Source: a bacterium | Lineage (GTDB): Bacteria > Zhuqueibacterota > Zhuqueibacteria > Residuimicrobiales > Krinioviventaceae | Direction of reading: 5' to 3' | Length of the DNA stretch: 64,000 nt | Assembly (NCBI GenBank): GCA_963693055.1 | Contig: OY843751.1 | Coordinates: 5,376,001-5,440,000 of the forward strand | Part shown: positions 1-9,590 of the stretch, piece by piece | Position numbering within the stretch: the stretch's first letter is position 1 | Layout: every line of letters starts with the position of its first letter | Notes under the pieces: model-generated | Database searches by the model: none | What the model saw: only the letters and a program-made list of their open reading frames with translations | Told to the model about the DNA's origin: nothing | Translations under genes and position numbers: made by a program

Positions 1-7
1 TTTGTCA

Positions 8-1117
8 TTATAAACCATATTTATCGTATTCATCATTAATATAATTTGTTTTTCTTTTTCCTAAATAATCACCAATAATATTAATCACAAACTTAACACC
101 ATCTGAATAAATTTCACCCACATAATTCTTTACAAGTGAAATCCAAACATCTATTTTATTATCCATTTCACTTAATGCTTCAAAATTCCAATAATATCTC
201 AAATCATCAATAGATCTACACTCAATATTATTTATAACTTGGTCAATATTATTGTATAAATTAACAAAAATCCTCGGTATCTCTGGATATGAATTATTTG
301 CAATTACTAAATTTTCTCTCCCCCCAGCAGTAAACCTATCTCTAAGTGAAGAATCAACAATACCATAACGACTCGCTAACCATCCCGCAACTCGTTGGTA
401 TTTTGTTGAATCATTACCAAATATTTCAGGAAATAATGCCATTGCTTCGACCTTCAAACTTTTCTTTTCTTCTTTTTCCAAATTTGAAAAAATTCTTATT
501 GTTGGCTTTAAGACATTATTCGAATCTTCCATCCACCAAGGTTCTTCACCTGGCTTTGTATTTTTCCTATAATAATCAACAAAAGGTTTTACAGGATTAG
601 CGAGTGCTCTCAAGTCATCATATTCGATTTCGAGCTTTGTAAATATTGTATTATTTCTTTCTATATCCATATCAATTAAATATCTTGGAGAATGGGTAAC
701 AGCTATATCATAAAGACATTCATGATATGGTTTATACTTAAAACCTATTGGATCAGATAATTTTGCGAAATAAATAAAGATGTTGGAAACGTTCTCAACA
801 CGTGTCGTTTCAAGGACACTATTCCCTGTGCTTTTCCAATGATTTTGTTTCGTTGTTTTAACTTCCACCCCATAAAGTTCTTTAACCACAATATCAGGAA
901 ATTTATGACCAGATATTAATTGAATTGTATTTTCGAAAACAGTTTTTTTGGCAGCCTGACATAAAAAATCATACACATCACTTTCAAATTGAGATGCCGT
1001 ACGATTTAAAAAATAGTAAGAATTTGATTTGCATTCTTTTTCAATTGAGTTATGAGCTTTCTTAAGGATATCTTCAAATTCGTGCAACCTGGACTTCTTG
1101 TTTTCCGATACAATCAT
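8..1117 (-). CDS. Type II restriction endonuclease (PD-(D/E)xK fold), probable cognate of the adjacent C5 methyltransferase
   Basis: Motif FPDIVV...GVEVKT; directly downstream of and overlapping the C5 MTase by 44 nt; AT-rich; ATG at 1117 preceded by GGGGAG (ORF track starts at TTG 1129). Confidence 0.8.
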   Translation of the reverse strand: MIVSENKKSRLHEFEDILKKAHNSIEKECKSNSYYFLNRTASQFESDVYDFLCQAAKKTVFENTIQLISGHKFPDIVVKELYGVEVKTTKQNHWKSTGNSVLETTRVENVSNIFIYFAKLSDPIGFKYKPYHECLYDIAVTHSPRYLIDMDIERNNTIFTKLEIEYDDLRALANPVKPFVDYYRKNTKPGEEPWWMEDSNNVLKPTIRIFSNLEKEEKKSLKVEAMALFPEIFGNDSTKYQRVAGWLASRYGIVDSSLRDRFTAGGRENLVIANNSYPEIPRIFVNLYNNIDQVINNIECRSIDDLRYYWNFEALSEMDNKIDVWISLVKNYVGEIYSDGVKFVINIIGDYLGKRKTNYINDEYDKYGL

Positions 1118-2348
1118 GTTTCTCCCCAAATAATATTTCCCAGTTTTTTTGAATATTCCATGCTAAATGAAAAGCTAACAACGGAGGAACTGCATTACCA
1201 ATTAATTTATATGCGTTTGATGTTGAAAGTGAAAATTCTTTACCTAAATCATTGCTATCTCTAATAAATTTGAAATTGTCTGGAAAAGTTTGGATCCGGG
1301 CACATTCCCGAATTGTTAATCGTCTTTCCTTTAAACCTTCATCTAATTCATCAATATAGTTACCACCGTGCTCTTTTGCTAATCTTCTAAATTCTATATT
1401 GCCGTGATGCTCGGCTCTAATAGTAGGTCCAATTGACTTAACATTTATTTCCTTATTGCCTTGACAATGCGGTCCATACCATCTTGCTTTGGATAATGAC
1501 TTTTGTTCTAAATCTAAACTATTCTCGGGTTCTTCTAAATCTTCAAAAACATCACTCAAGGTTACATACTCGTTTAAATCGGGTTCTAGCATATTATAAT
1601 CATTTTTATTACGATGGGTCTTTTGAGGGTATAAATCAAATTTATCAAGATAATTCAAAAATTCAATATTTACACATTTCTTACTTATGCCAATAAATAT
1701 TACCCTTTCTCGAGATTGTGGAACTCCATATTCTGCCGCATTCAACACTTTTGCGTCATACACATAGTACCCATCATTAATATTACTAAAATCCTTCTGA
1801 ATAATTTCTTTAACACTCGGTAACGAAACTAAACCTTTAACATTTTCCGCAATAAACATTTTAGGTTTAATAATTTCAATTGCCTTCCTCATCCATATAT
1901 AAAGCTGTCCTCTATTCTCAATAGTAGGCTTGTCGTTATTTATTAAAGTGCCTAAATGAGATTTATGTGAATTAAATCCATTCCTTTTACCAGCCACACT
2001 AAAATCTTGGCAAGGAAAGCCACCTGTAACAATATCAGCATTTGGAAATTTAAAATCCCCATTTTCAGCTCTTTTAATTAAATCTACTATTGAATCTCTG
2101 AAAAAGATACTTTCCTTCTGAAAAAATGGTTCCCATGCCGCTTTTGCTTCTCTCAATATATCATTCGCAAATACAACATTAAAATGAGTTCTAGGTAATC
2201 TAACAAAATTCCCCTTTTCGATACCTGTGCGCCATTCTGGTTGAATTTTATAATTTACACTTTTCTTATGCACATAGAATCCACCCTCAAATCCAAGGTC
2301 CATACCTCCACAACCTGAAAACAGGCTTACTATATTAATTCTTTTCAT
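1074..2348 (-). CDS. DNA (cytosine-5)-methyltransferase, M.BepI-like (predicted CGCG)
   Basis: C5-MTase motifs FSGCGG, GGFPCQDFS, ENV, QSRERV, RRLTIRECARIQTFP, GNAVPP; insertion after motif I and TRD segment PTIRAEHHGNIEFRRL match my recollection of M.BepI. Confidence 0.95.
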   Translation of the reverse strand: MKRINIVSLFSGCGGMDLGFEGGFYVHKKSVNYKIQPEWRTGIEKGNFVRLPRTHFNVVFANDILREAKAAWEPFFQKESIFFRDSIVDLIKRAENGDFKFPNADIVTGGFPCQDFSVAGKRNGFNSHKSHLGTLINNDKPTIENRGQLYIWMRKAIEIIKPKMFIAENVKGLVSLPSVKEIIQKDFSNINDGYYVYDAKVLNAAEYGVPQSRERVIFIGISKKCVNIEFLNYLDKFDLYPQKTHRNKNDYNMLEPDLNEYVTLSDVFEDLEEPENSLDLEQKSLSKARWYGPHCQGNKEINVKSIGPTIRAEHHGNIEFRRLAKEHGGNYIDELDEGLKERRLTIRECARIQTFPDNFKFIRDSNDLGKEFSLSTSNAYKLIGNAVPPLLAFHLAWNIQKNWEILFGEKHDCIGKQEVQVARI

Positions 2349-2371
2349 AAGAGAAAGGCTCCAATAAAAAA

Positions 2372-2408
2372 TTAGTAATTAATTTTGGGAACTTTTAATA
2401 ATTACTAA
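2372..2408. promoter_or_regulatory. Perfect 10-bp inverted repeat upstream of the MTase (candidate operator)
   Basis: TTAGTAATTA (2372-2381), 17-bp spacer, TAATTACTAA (2399-2408); AT-rich context lowers significance. Confidence 0.35.
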
Positions 2409-2814
2409 CCATTATAACAAGTTTTATAATACAGAATTTCTAAAAATCATTAATCATTCAATATACAAAATTAAAAAAATAAACCACAGTTTTTTTCCAA
2501 ACAAATCCCCCACGCCAACAATTTTCACACTCGACCGATCGTGACGGAGATGATCTCCATCATCATCCTTTCTTCTCGTGCCCCGGGCTCTGCCTGGACA
2601 CAGAGGCTTTACTCAAACGGATTGCAACAACCATCCCGTCAAGACGCATAAATAAAACATTATCCCTAATCCATTAACAAATATTATCGAACAATTTTGC
2701 CTGACAGCAGTTAGACAAGAATAGCGCTTCTTCCGCATCCAACATGCCAAAGCATCTTGCAATTCCTGAGAAATTTGCGTAAATTACCAGATTATCTATA
2801 AACAGGCAGAAATA

Positions 2815-4152
2815 TTGGATTTATTTGAACAACATAACCCAAAGCAAAAGCAGAAAAATGTCTATCGTCCCCTGGCAGACCGTATGCGTCCCGAAACTCT
2901 GGACCAGATCGCCGGTCAGCAGCATTTGCTGGGACCGGACAAGATCCTGCGGCGCGCAATAGAATCAGACAAGCTGGTTTCCATGATATTCTGGGGCCCG
3001 CCGGGTGTGGGCAAGACCACCCTGGCGCGCGTAGTAGCTAACGAGAGCAAGTCCGACTTTAACGCCATCAGCGCGGTTACTGCCGGCGTTGCAGATATCC
3101 GTCTGGTCATTAAAAAAGCGCGCGAGAACCAGAAAATGGGCGCGCGTACCATCCTGTTTATCGATGAAATCCACCGTTTCAACAAATCCCAGCAGGACGC
3201 CCTGCTGCACAGCGTTGAAGACGGTACCATTCTGCTAATCGGTGCGACTACCGAAAACCCCAGTTTTGAAGTGATCTCGGCACTGCTGTCACGAAGCCGG
3301 GTATACAAGCTCGATCCCCTCAGCCATGACGATCTCAACGGCATTCTGGACAATGCCCTGCAAAACGACGAGGTTCTCAAGGCCGCAAACATAACATTGA
3401 ACGACGATGCCAAAAGCATTTTAGTAGACCTGTGCGGCGGAGACGCCCGAAATCTGCTCACCGCATTGGAACTGGCAGTGCAACTTGCCAAATCCAATGA
3501 TGCCGGCGGTAAAACCATAGATCGTGACCTCATTGAAGAGGCCATGCAGAAACGCACCCTGCTGTACGACAAAAAAGGCGAGTATCATTACGATGTCATC
3601 TCTGCGTTCATTAAAAGCGTGCGCGGTTCCGATCCCGATGCTGCCATCTATTGGCTGGCGCGTATGCTGGCTTCGGGAGAAGATCCCAAGTTCATTGCGC
3701 GCAGATTGATCATTTCCGCGTCCGAAGACATAGGCAATGCCGATCCGCATGCACTCATGGTAGCTACATCCGCATTTTCCGCAGTGACCTATATTGGCCT
3801 GCCAGAAGCGCAACTGATACTGGCACAGGCTACTACATATCTGGCATCCGCTCCCAAGAGCAATGCTTCATACCTGGCTATCAACAATGCCCTGGCAGAC
3901 ATCAAATCAGAAAAACCCGGTGATGTACCGCTGCATTTGCGCAACGCACCCACCAAATTGATGAAAGATATGGGCTATAAAAAAGAATATCAATATCCGC
4001 ACGACTTTGGCGGATTTGTAGACCAAAATTATTTCCCGGATGTAAACAAAACACGTACTTATTATCGTCCAACTGAAAACGGTGTAGAAAAACGCATCAA
4101 AGAGCGGTTACTGGCACTGTGGCCCAAACGAAAAAGAGACATAACAACCTGA
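2815..4152 (+). CDS. rarA: Replication-associated recombination protein A (RarA/MgsA AAA+ ATPase)
   Basis: PLADRMRP, Walker A GPPGVGKTT, FIDEIHRFNKSQQD, GATTENP, SAFIKSVRGSDPDAA, ASEDIGNADP, VPLHLRNAPT. Confidence 0.97.
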   Translation: MDLFEQHNPKQKQKNVYRPLADRMRPETLDQIAGQQHLLGPDKILRRAIESDKLVSMIFWGPPGVGKTTLARVVANESKSDFNAISAVTAGVADIRLVIKKARENQKMGARTILFIDEIHRFNKSQQDALLHSVEDGTILLIGATTENPSFEVISALLSRSRVYKLDPLSHDDLNGILDNALQNDEVLKAANITLNDDAKSILVDLCGGDARNLLTALELAVQLAKSNDAGGKTIDRDLIEEAMQKRTLLYDKKGEYHYDVISAFIKSVRGSDPDAAIYWLARMLASGEDPKFIARRLIISASEDIGNADPHALMVATSAFSAVTYIGLPEAQLILAQATTYLASAPKSNASYLAINNALADIKSEKPGDVPLHLRNAPTKLMKDMGYKKEYQYPHDFGGFVDQNYFPDVNKTRTYYRPTENGVEKRIKERLLALWPKRKRDITT

Positions 4153-6908
4153 TGTTTAAAAGACTATATACATATTTAATCATAGCGTGCGGTGCGGTTG
4201 GCCTTTTTGCGCAAAATCCGTTCGAGTCCTCTTCCCCGGTTGGAGACACCTTTCCTAAAATGCCGGACCTGGTCTTGCCAGATACCCTGGCTGCAGAAAT
4301 GCCGGATACAAGCATGCTGGCATTACCGGATTCTGTATCAGCAGACACCATGGCTGTTGACTCGCTCGCGAAAACAAAAAAATCCGATATAGATACCACC
4401 ATCTTTTACGATGCACGTTCTATCTATACCGATGTTGAATCACGCACCACCGAGCTCACAGGTGATGCGGTTATCAAGTATGGCGGTATGACCCTGAAAG
4501 CCGAGAAAATCACCCTCGACTGGAAAAACTATTTAATGACCGCCGAGTCTGTTGCAGATTCTCAGTGGGTCTATACCGACAGCACTCACAGCGATTCGGT
4601 GATGCATGTTGAATATATCGGTAAACCAGAATTAAATGAAGGCGGCTCGCCCTATGTTGGCGACAAGATGGTATTCAACTATAAAACCCAAAAGGGAATT
4701 GTGGTCAGAGGCCGCACCGAACTGGAAGGCGGCAAGTACGTTGGGCAGCAAATCAAGCGAGTAAATGACGACATTTTTCACATCAAAAACTCTTCTTTTA
4801 CTACCTGCGATTTGGATACTAATCCGCACTTTCATTTCGAATCCGCAAAGATGAAAATGGTTATGAAAGACAAGGTTATTGTAAAACCTGTGGTCATGTA
4901 TATGGGGCACATCCCCATGCTGGCATTGCCATTTGCGGTATTTCCCATAAAGTCGGGTCGTCAGTCAGGCATTCTCACACCAACCTATAGTGAAAGCAGC
5001 ACCGAAGGTCGCTCTTTGCGCAACATGGGATACTATTGGGCCCCAAGCGATTATTTTGACGCAAAGTTAAGCATGGATTATTTTGAAAAAGCCGGCTTTT
5101 TGTTCCGGGGAAGTTCAAACTACAATGTGCGCTATTTACTAAACGGCAGCATGAGCGGATCGTACACTCATAAAGAGACCAACGGCAACAAAACCCGACG
5201 CTGGGATATGCGCGTCAGCCACAAGCAGGATATCAGTCCATCTTCCCGGTTCTCAGTATCCGGCTACTTTGTCAGTGACAAAGATTATTACAAAGATTAC
5301 AGTACCAACCTCTCTACCCGTTTAACGCGCGAAATGCGTTCCAACGCAACCTATACCAAAAGCTGGTCGAAACAAAAATTAAGCCTTAGCGTCAACATGT
5401 CTCGTGTGCATGACCTGCAGGATGACGTGGTACAGGAAACATTACCGCAGGTTTCATTCCGCAAGGGACAAACTCAAATATTTAAACCCAAAAAGAAATC
5501 ATCCCGCAGCTCTGGTGGATCAAGCCGCAGAGACTCGCACTGGTATGAATCGCTTTATTTTTCATACAATTCAAACCTGATCAACAAAAATCGCGAATAC
5601 CTTTCATATGCCAATAACGATACCACCAAAGAAATGGATGAAACCCGTCAAATGACACACGATTTTAGTTTTTCACTAACCAGCCCCAAAAAATTCTTTG
5701 GTTTTCTATCAATGAATCAATATTTCAATGTTAGCGAAGACTGGTTTGATCAGGAAAAAACCTATTCATGGGATACCGAAAGCGAATCCATAGATCCGGA
5801 TACCACGCACGGATTTGCAGCCCGCCATACTTTTGATTATCGAGCTTCTGCCAATACCAAATTATATGGTATGTTTGCACCTCCCATTGGTGATCTGCAG
5901 GCAATCCGCCATGTAATGACGCCTTCTCTTTCTTTCACTTATCAACCCGACTTTTCTGATCCGCAATGGGGATATTATGAAGAAATTGAAACCGATGACG
6001 GTGTAGAAAAACGCGACAAGTTTAGCGGCACACCTTCAACAGGCAGAAAAAGTGTAAGCCTTAGTGTTCAGAACTTGTTTCAAATGAAACGAGGCGAAGG
6101 TGAAAAAGAAAAGAAATTTGACCTGTTTACCATGAATTTCAGCACCGGTTACAATTTTGAAGCAGAAAAGAACAAGCTCTCTGACCTCAGCACTTCCTGG
6201 AACGCCAATCCCATGAAAAATTTCAGTCTCAGTGCCAGCACCTCACACAGTTTTTACAAATGGATCAGCGAACCAACCACTAGCAATTCGACCTATGGCT
6301 ACAAGAGCAACAATTATTTATTTAAAGATGGCGGATGGAAAAGCGGTGACTTTATGCGTATGACAAACCTGCGTCTTAATTTCTCCCTGCGCTTACAGGG
6401 TAAAAAAGACAAAGGCGGTAAAGATGATGAAGAAAGACCCTTTGAAAACATATTGGATGAAGAAGAACCAGACCCGCTTTTGGAAGAAGAAAACCTCAGC
6501 GTACTTGAAGAAGATCTGCTAAGGCGCGGCAACCGTTTTGAAAACGAAATGGCAATGAGATCGCTGAGCATCCCCTGGCAGGCATCACTCAACTTTTCGT
6601 TCAGCAATAACAAAAGCAATCCCTTGAATCCAACCAAAAGATATTATATGGGTATTCGGGGTGCGGAAATAAACCTAACCCGCAACTGGAGAATTGGTTA
6701 CACCGCTCAATACGATCTTGAAAAGAAAGAGATAGCGTCGCACAGCTTTACATTTCACAGAGATCTGCACTGCTGGGAAGGCAGAGTAGACTGGGTACCT
6801 TCAGGACCCAGCAAAAGGATATACGTAATTATTAACATCAAAGCCCGCGTTCTCCAGGACCTTAAAATTGAAAAACGCGGTGGGGCTTCGAGTATGTTAG
6901 GATATTAA
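4152..6908 (+). CDS. lptD: LPS-assembly outer-membrane protein LptD (FCB type)
   Basis: Signal peptide after ATG 4152 (TGATG overlap with rarA stop); FTTCD..PHFHF, SGILTPTY, GYYWAPSDYFD, RHVMTPSLSF, RDLHCWE. Confidence 0.88.
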   Translation: MFKRLYTYLIIACGAVGLFAQNPFESSSPVGDTFPKMPDLVLPDTLAAEMPDTSMLALPDSVSADTMAVDSLAKTKKSDIDTTIFYDARSIYTDVESRTTELTGDAVIKYGGMTLKAEKITLDWKNYLMTAESVADSQWVYTDSTHSDSVMHVEYIGKPELNEGGSPYVGDKMVFNYKTQKGIVVRGRTELEGGKYVGQQIKRVNDDIFHIKNSSFTTCDLDTNPHFHFESAKMKMVMKDKVIVKPVVMYMGHIPMLALPFAVFPIKSGRQSGILTPTYSESSTEGRSLRNMGYYWAPSDYFDAKLSMDYFEKAGFLFRGSSNYNVRYLLNGSMSGSYTHKETNGNKTRRWDMRVSHKQDISPSSRFSVSGYFVSDKDYYKDYSTNLSTRLTREMRSNATYTKSWSKQKLSLSVNMSRVHDLQDDVVQETLPQVSFRKGQTQIFKPKKKSSRSSGGSSRRDSHWYESLYFSYNSNLINKNREYLSYANNDTTKEMDETRQMTHDFSFSLTSPKKFFGFLSMNQYFNVSEDWFDQEKTYSWDTESESIDPDTTHGFAARHTFDYRASANTKLYGMFAPPIGDLQAIRHVMTPSLSFTYQPDFSDPQWGYYEEIETDDGVEKRDKFSGTPSTGRKSVSLSVQNLFQMKRGEGEKEKKFDLFTMNFSTGYNFEAEKNKLSDLSTSWNANPMKNFSLSASTSHSFYKWISEPTTSNSTYGYKSNNYLFKDGGWKSGDFMRMTNLRLNFSLRLQGKKDKGGKDDEERPFENILDEEEPDPLLEEENLSVLEEDLLRRGNRFENEMAMRSLSIPWQASLNFSFSNNKSNPLNPTKRYYMGIRGAEINLTRNWRIGYTAQYDLEKKEIASHSFTFHRDLHCWEGRVDWVPSGPSKRIYVIINIKARVLQDLKIEKRGGASSMLGY

Positions 6909-6916
6909 CAGCGAGG

Positions 6917-7366
6917 TTATTGCACAAACTCGGTATCATCCGCTTGTTGTATCGTATGAATCGCATCCTTTTCAAGATATTGGATCCACTGTGCGGAAAG
7001 CTGTACCGGGTTAAATCCATTTTTGTGATCACTATTGGGCATGGATTGCAATTCGCCCAATATCAAAACGGAACTGCCTTTTTTCAAATACTTGTTACAC
7101 TGTAATGCCTGTTTTGACCACACAACCACACTAACCAAACAGCTTTCCCGTTCCATTCCTTCTAGCTCATTACCACTGCTTTCCGGTTTGGTTGCAATGA
7201 TAAAATTGGTTACGGGTACTCCTCGCTTTGTCCAGCGTACCGGTGGATCATGGATCAATTTTCCCGCGATTACAACACGGTTCATCACCGGCATTTTGAA
7301 ATCTTTTTCTTCCCCAACTTCTTTTTCTTCTTCACTAACCAGCAATACGTCTTCTTTTTCCAACAT
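6917..7366 (-). CDS. ssb: Single-stranded DNA-binding protein paralog (OB fold)
   Basis: MNRVVIAGKLIHDPPVRWT..G.PVTNFIIAT, VVVWSKQA, LKKGSSVLILGELQS; short, lacks the DDDIPF tail. Confidence 0.8.
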   Translation of the reverse strand: MLEKEDVLLVSEEEKEVGEEKDFKMPVMNRVVIAGKLIHDPPVRWTKRGVPVTNFIIATKPESSGNELEGMERESCLVSVVVWSKQALQCNKYLKKGSSVLILGELQSMPNSDHKNGFNPVQLSAQWIQYLEKDAIHTIQQADDTEFVQ

Positions 7367-8119
7367 TCATCCCTCTTGTCTTTTCTTTTCAAGAAATAAC
7401 GACAAACTCCCAACAGCCGAAGGGCTAGTATCAGGATGGTCCCGGTGTTCTTTTAATGCTTCGGGACCTTTAACAGTCAGGATGTGTGTATATTCATGCC
7501 GATCTTGAGCATGCTGTACACAATCCATCACCTGTTTTGTGGAAACATTCAATTGACAGAAAAATACAAGCTCTGGCTTCCGGTTAGGCAGACTTTCTAC
7601 CAACCCCAGAGGTTCTATTCGCAAAAGTTGCTTTTCTATTCCCAATTCCTCGTTCAGCTCGGTCAGCATTGCGTCATCAATTGAGGGTGGCATACTTTTA
7701 TCAGCGGCAATCTCTATATGACCGCCAAAGACATCCACAAATCCGGGATATTCTCCTAAATACCGGCTGCGCTTCATCAAAAGTATGTCATTGTCCTGTG
7801 TTTCTACAACCGCACTGATTCCCAGTGCATACGACAAACTGTTCTCTCCCCAGTTTTGCAGGACAGTTTCCAAATGATGATTACAATACACCTGGGTGCA
7901 ATAATCGGTCACACCCAACTCCAATTCGAGTGTATCTGACTTTATCGTCCAGGCGCTTAACCTTGCCAGCTTTCCATTATACATTCCCGGTTTAACAAAT
8001 TCCTGCCAAAATTTTTGAGCATTGGCATAAAGTTCCGGAGGAAACGAAAAATTTGTTTCTTTCTTATTAACTATCACATGATTTACAGGAAAAGCAAGAG
8101 TACGAAACAAGGCTTGCAT
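7367..8119 (-). CDS. NUDIX hydrolase (NUDT22-like architecture)
   Basis: Variant Nudix box GGHIE...MLTELNEELGI; YNGKLARL, LGISAVVET, KPELVF. Confidence 0.75.
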   Translation of the reverse strand: MQALFRTLAFPVNHVIVNKKETNFSFPPELYANAQKFWQEFVKPGMYNGKLARLSAWTIKSDTLELELGVTDYCTQVYCNHHLETVLQNWGENSLSYALGISAVVETQDNDILLMKRSRYLGEYPGFVDVFGGHIEIAADKSMPPSIDDAMLTELNEELGIEKQLLRIEPLGLVESLPNRKPELVFFCQLNVSTKQVMDCVQHAQDRHEYTHILTVKGPEALKEHRDHPDTSPSAVGSLSLFLEKKRQEG

Positions 8120-8120
8120 T

Positions 8121-8624
8121 TCAAAGAACCGAATGTTCCAAACGCAATAATGCGTCCTTTATAGTAACTCCGCCAGCATATCCGCCAAGCTTGCCATCCG
8201 ATTGAATAACCCGGTGACAGGGCACAATGATGGGCAGCGGATTGGCGCCATTTGCCGTGCCAACAGCACGGGAGGCACCCGGCTTGCCAAGTTCTTTGGC
8301 AATTTCACCATAGGTCCGCGTTACACCATAGGGGATACGTTTTACGGAATTCCATACCTGATTTTGAAACGGTGTGCCAGTATCGGGATCAGTGGGTCCA
8401 TCAAATTCTACTTTTGCACCGTTTAAATATGCTGCAAGTTTTTCTATCAAGAGGGAAAATTGATTCTGAATAGGTTCAAGAGTGTATCGAGTGCTCAATC
8501 GACCCAACACATCGTCAATGTGTTTGCCATTGAGAAAAGAAATAGATCGGGGGCCTTTGTCAGAAAAAAGCAAAAATAAATCAGACAATTGCCAGGGAAT
8601 TGTGGTGTAATATAAAGTACTCAT
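8121..8624 (-). CDS. ogt: Methylated-DNA-[protein]-cysteine S-methyltransferase
   Basis: GTPFQNQVW, IPYGVTRTYGEIA, RAVGTANGANP, active site PCHRV. Confidence 0.96.
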   Translation of the reverse strand: MSTLYYTTIPWQLSDLFLLFSDKGPRSISFLNGKHIDDVLGRLSTRYTLEPIQNQFSLLIEKLAAYLNGAKVEFDGPTDPDTGTPFQNQVWNSVKRIPYGVTRTYGEIAKELGKPGASRAVGTANGANPLPIIVPCHRVIQSDGKLGGYAGGVTIKDALLRLEHSVL

Positions 8625-8627
8625 TCA

Positions 8628-9404
8628 TTATTCAACAAATATATTATATGCCTTACCCAGGTCTTTGGCTGCAGGGGTAACAATCATTCCTTTTTGGAGT
8701 CTGATCTTGAGTCCCTTAAGCTTAGCCTGCCGCACATCACTTTCGGTTATCAATTTCTTGTCAGGTGCTTTTTCATCCTCATAATAACCCATGCTGCTCT
8801 GAACGATAAACACATTATCGCCATTTTTCAAACCTACTGCATTTCCTTCATCCATATCTATGTGCAGTTGGGTAAGAAAATTATCAGCTACCCGTACAAG
8901 TACATTGCCCATAATGCAGAATCGGGATTCTGCCTTGTCTCCGCGTTCCTGTGCTGGTGCTACAAATACGACATCACCCTGTTTCACTCCCATTTCTTTG
9001 GCATCATCAGCATTAATATGAATATGACGTCGCGAAATCATGACATTCTCGGTAACTTTCATAGATCCGGCAGGACCTTTTAAAGTTACATATTGACCAT
9101 CAGGTAAATTGGTAAATTTGCCGATAGGAGGTGTAATTCCGAGGTGATATGCATCACTGCCCGAGACTTCAATTTGCAGAGTTTTTCGCAAGGGTCCCAA
9201 TACCCGTAAATGTTGAAACTTGCCTTTAGGACCAATACATTCTACGATCTGTTCTGAGGCGAACTCGCCTTTTTGATATAATTCTTTATATACTGAAAGT
9301 TCACTTCCTGGACCAAACAGAATATCCATCGCTTCGCGGGTCAAGTGCATATGTCGGTTGGATACTCCTACGGGGATGAGTTTTGGCAAACCAGACTTCT
9401 CCAA
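8628..9404 (-). CDS. pduL: PduL/EutD-type phosphotransacylase with a C-terminal BMC-associated small domain
   Basis: GVSNRHMHL, RVLGP.R...QIEVS..DA..LGI, RRHIH, HIDMDEGNA; tail LITESDV...IVTPAAKDL; TTG start. Confidence 0.88.
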   Translation of the reverse strand: MEKSGLPKLIPVGVSNRHMHLTREAMDILFGPGSELSVYKELYQKGEFASEQIVECIGPKGKFQHLRVLGPLRKTLQIEVSGSDAYHLGITPPIGKFTNLPDGQYVTLKGPAGSMKVTENVMISRRHIHINADDAKEMGVKQGDVVFVAPAQERGDKAESRFCIMGNVLVRVADNFLTQLHIDMDEGNAVGLKNGDNVFIVQSSMGYYEDEKAPDKKLITESDVRQAKLKGLKIRLQKGMIVTPAAKDLGKAYNIFVE

Positions 9405-9590
9405 ATATCATATTAAATTGTTACTTTATAATATATTATGTAATATACATACAAAATATTACTTCTTGCCCTAATAATCAAGTAGAATATTCAATTTTTA
9501 AATAAAATTTCCGGTTTCAATAAAAAGAAATTGCATTAATCCCATTGAATCCCCATATTTAACAAAAATACAACCTGTTATGGAGGAAAA

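Noticed and set aside
1-2500. Apparent absence of CGCG within the R-M genes
   Set aside because: Only about one site is expected at this low GC content, so the absence is uninformative
2916-3813. Long antisense ORFs inside rarA (and similar ones inside amtB, glnN, feoB, the RND gene and the TonB genes)
   Set aside because: Shadow frames of well-supported genes with no recognisable motifs
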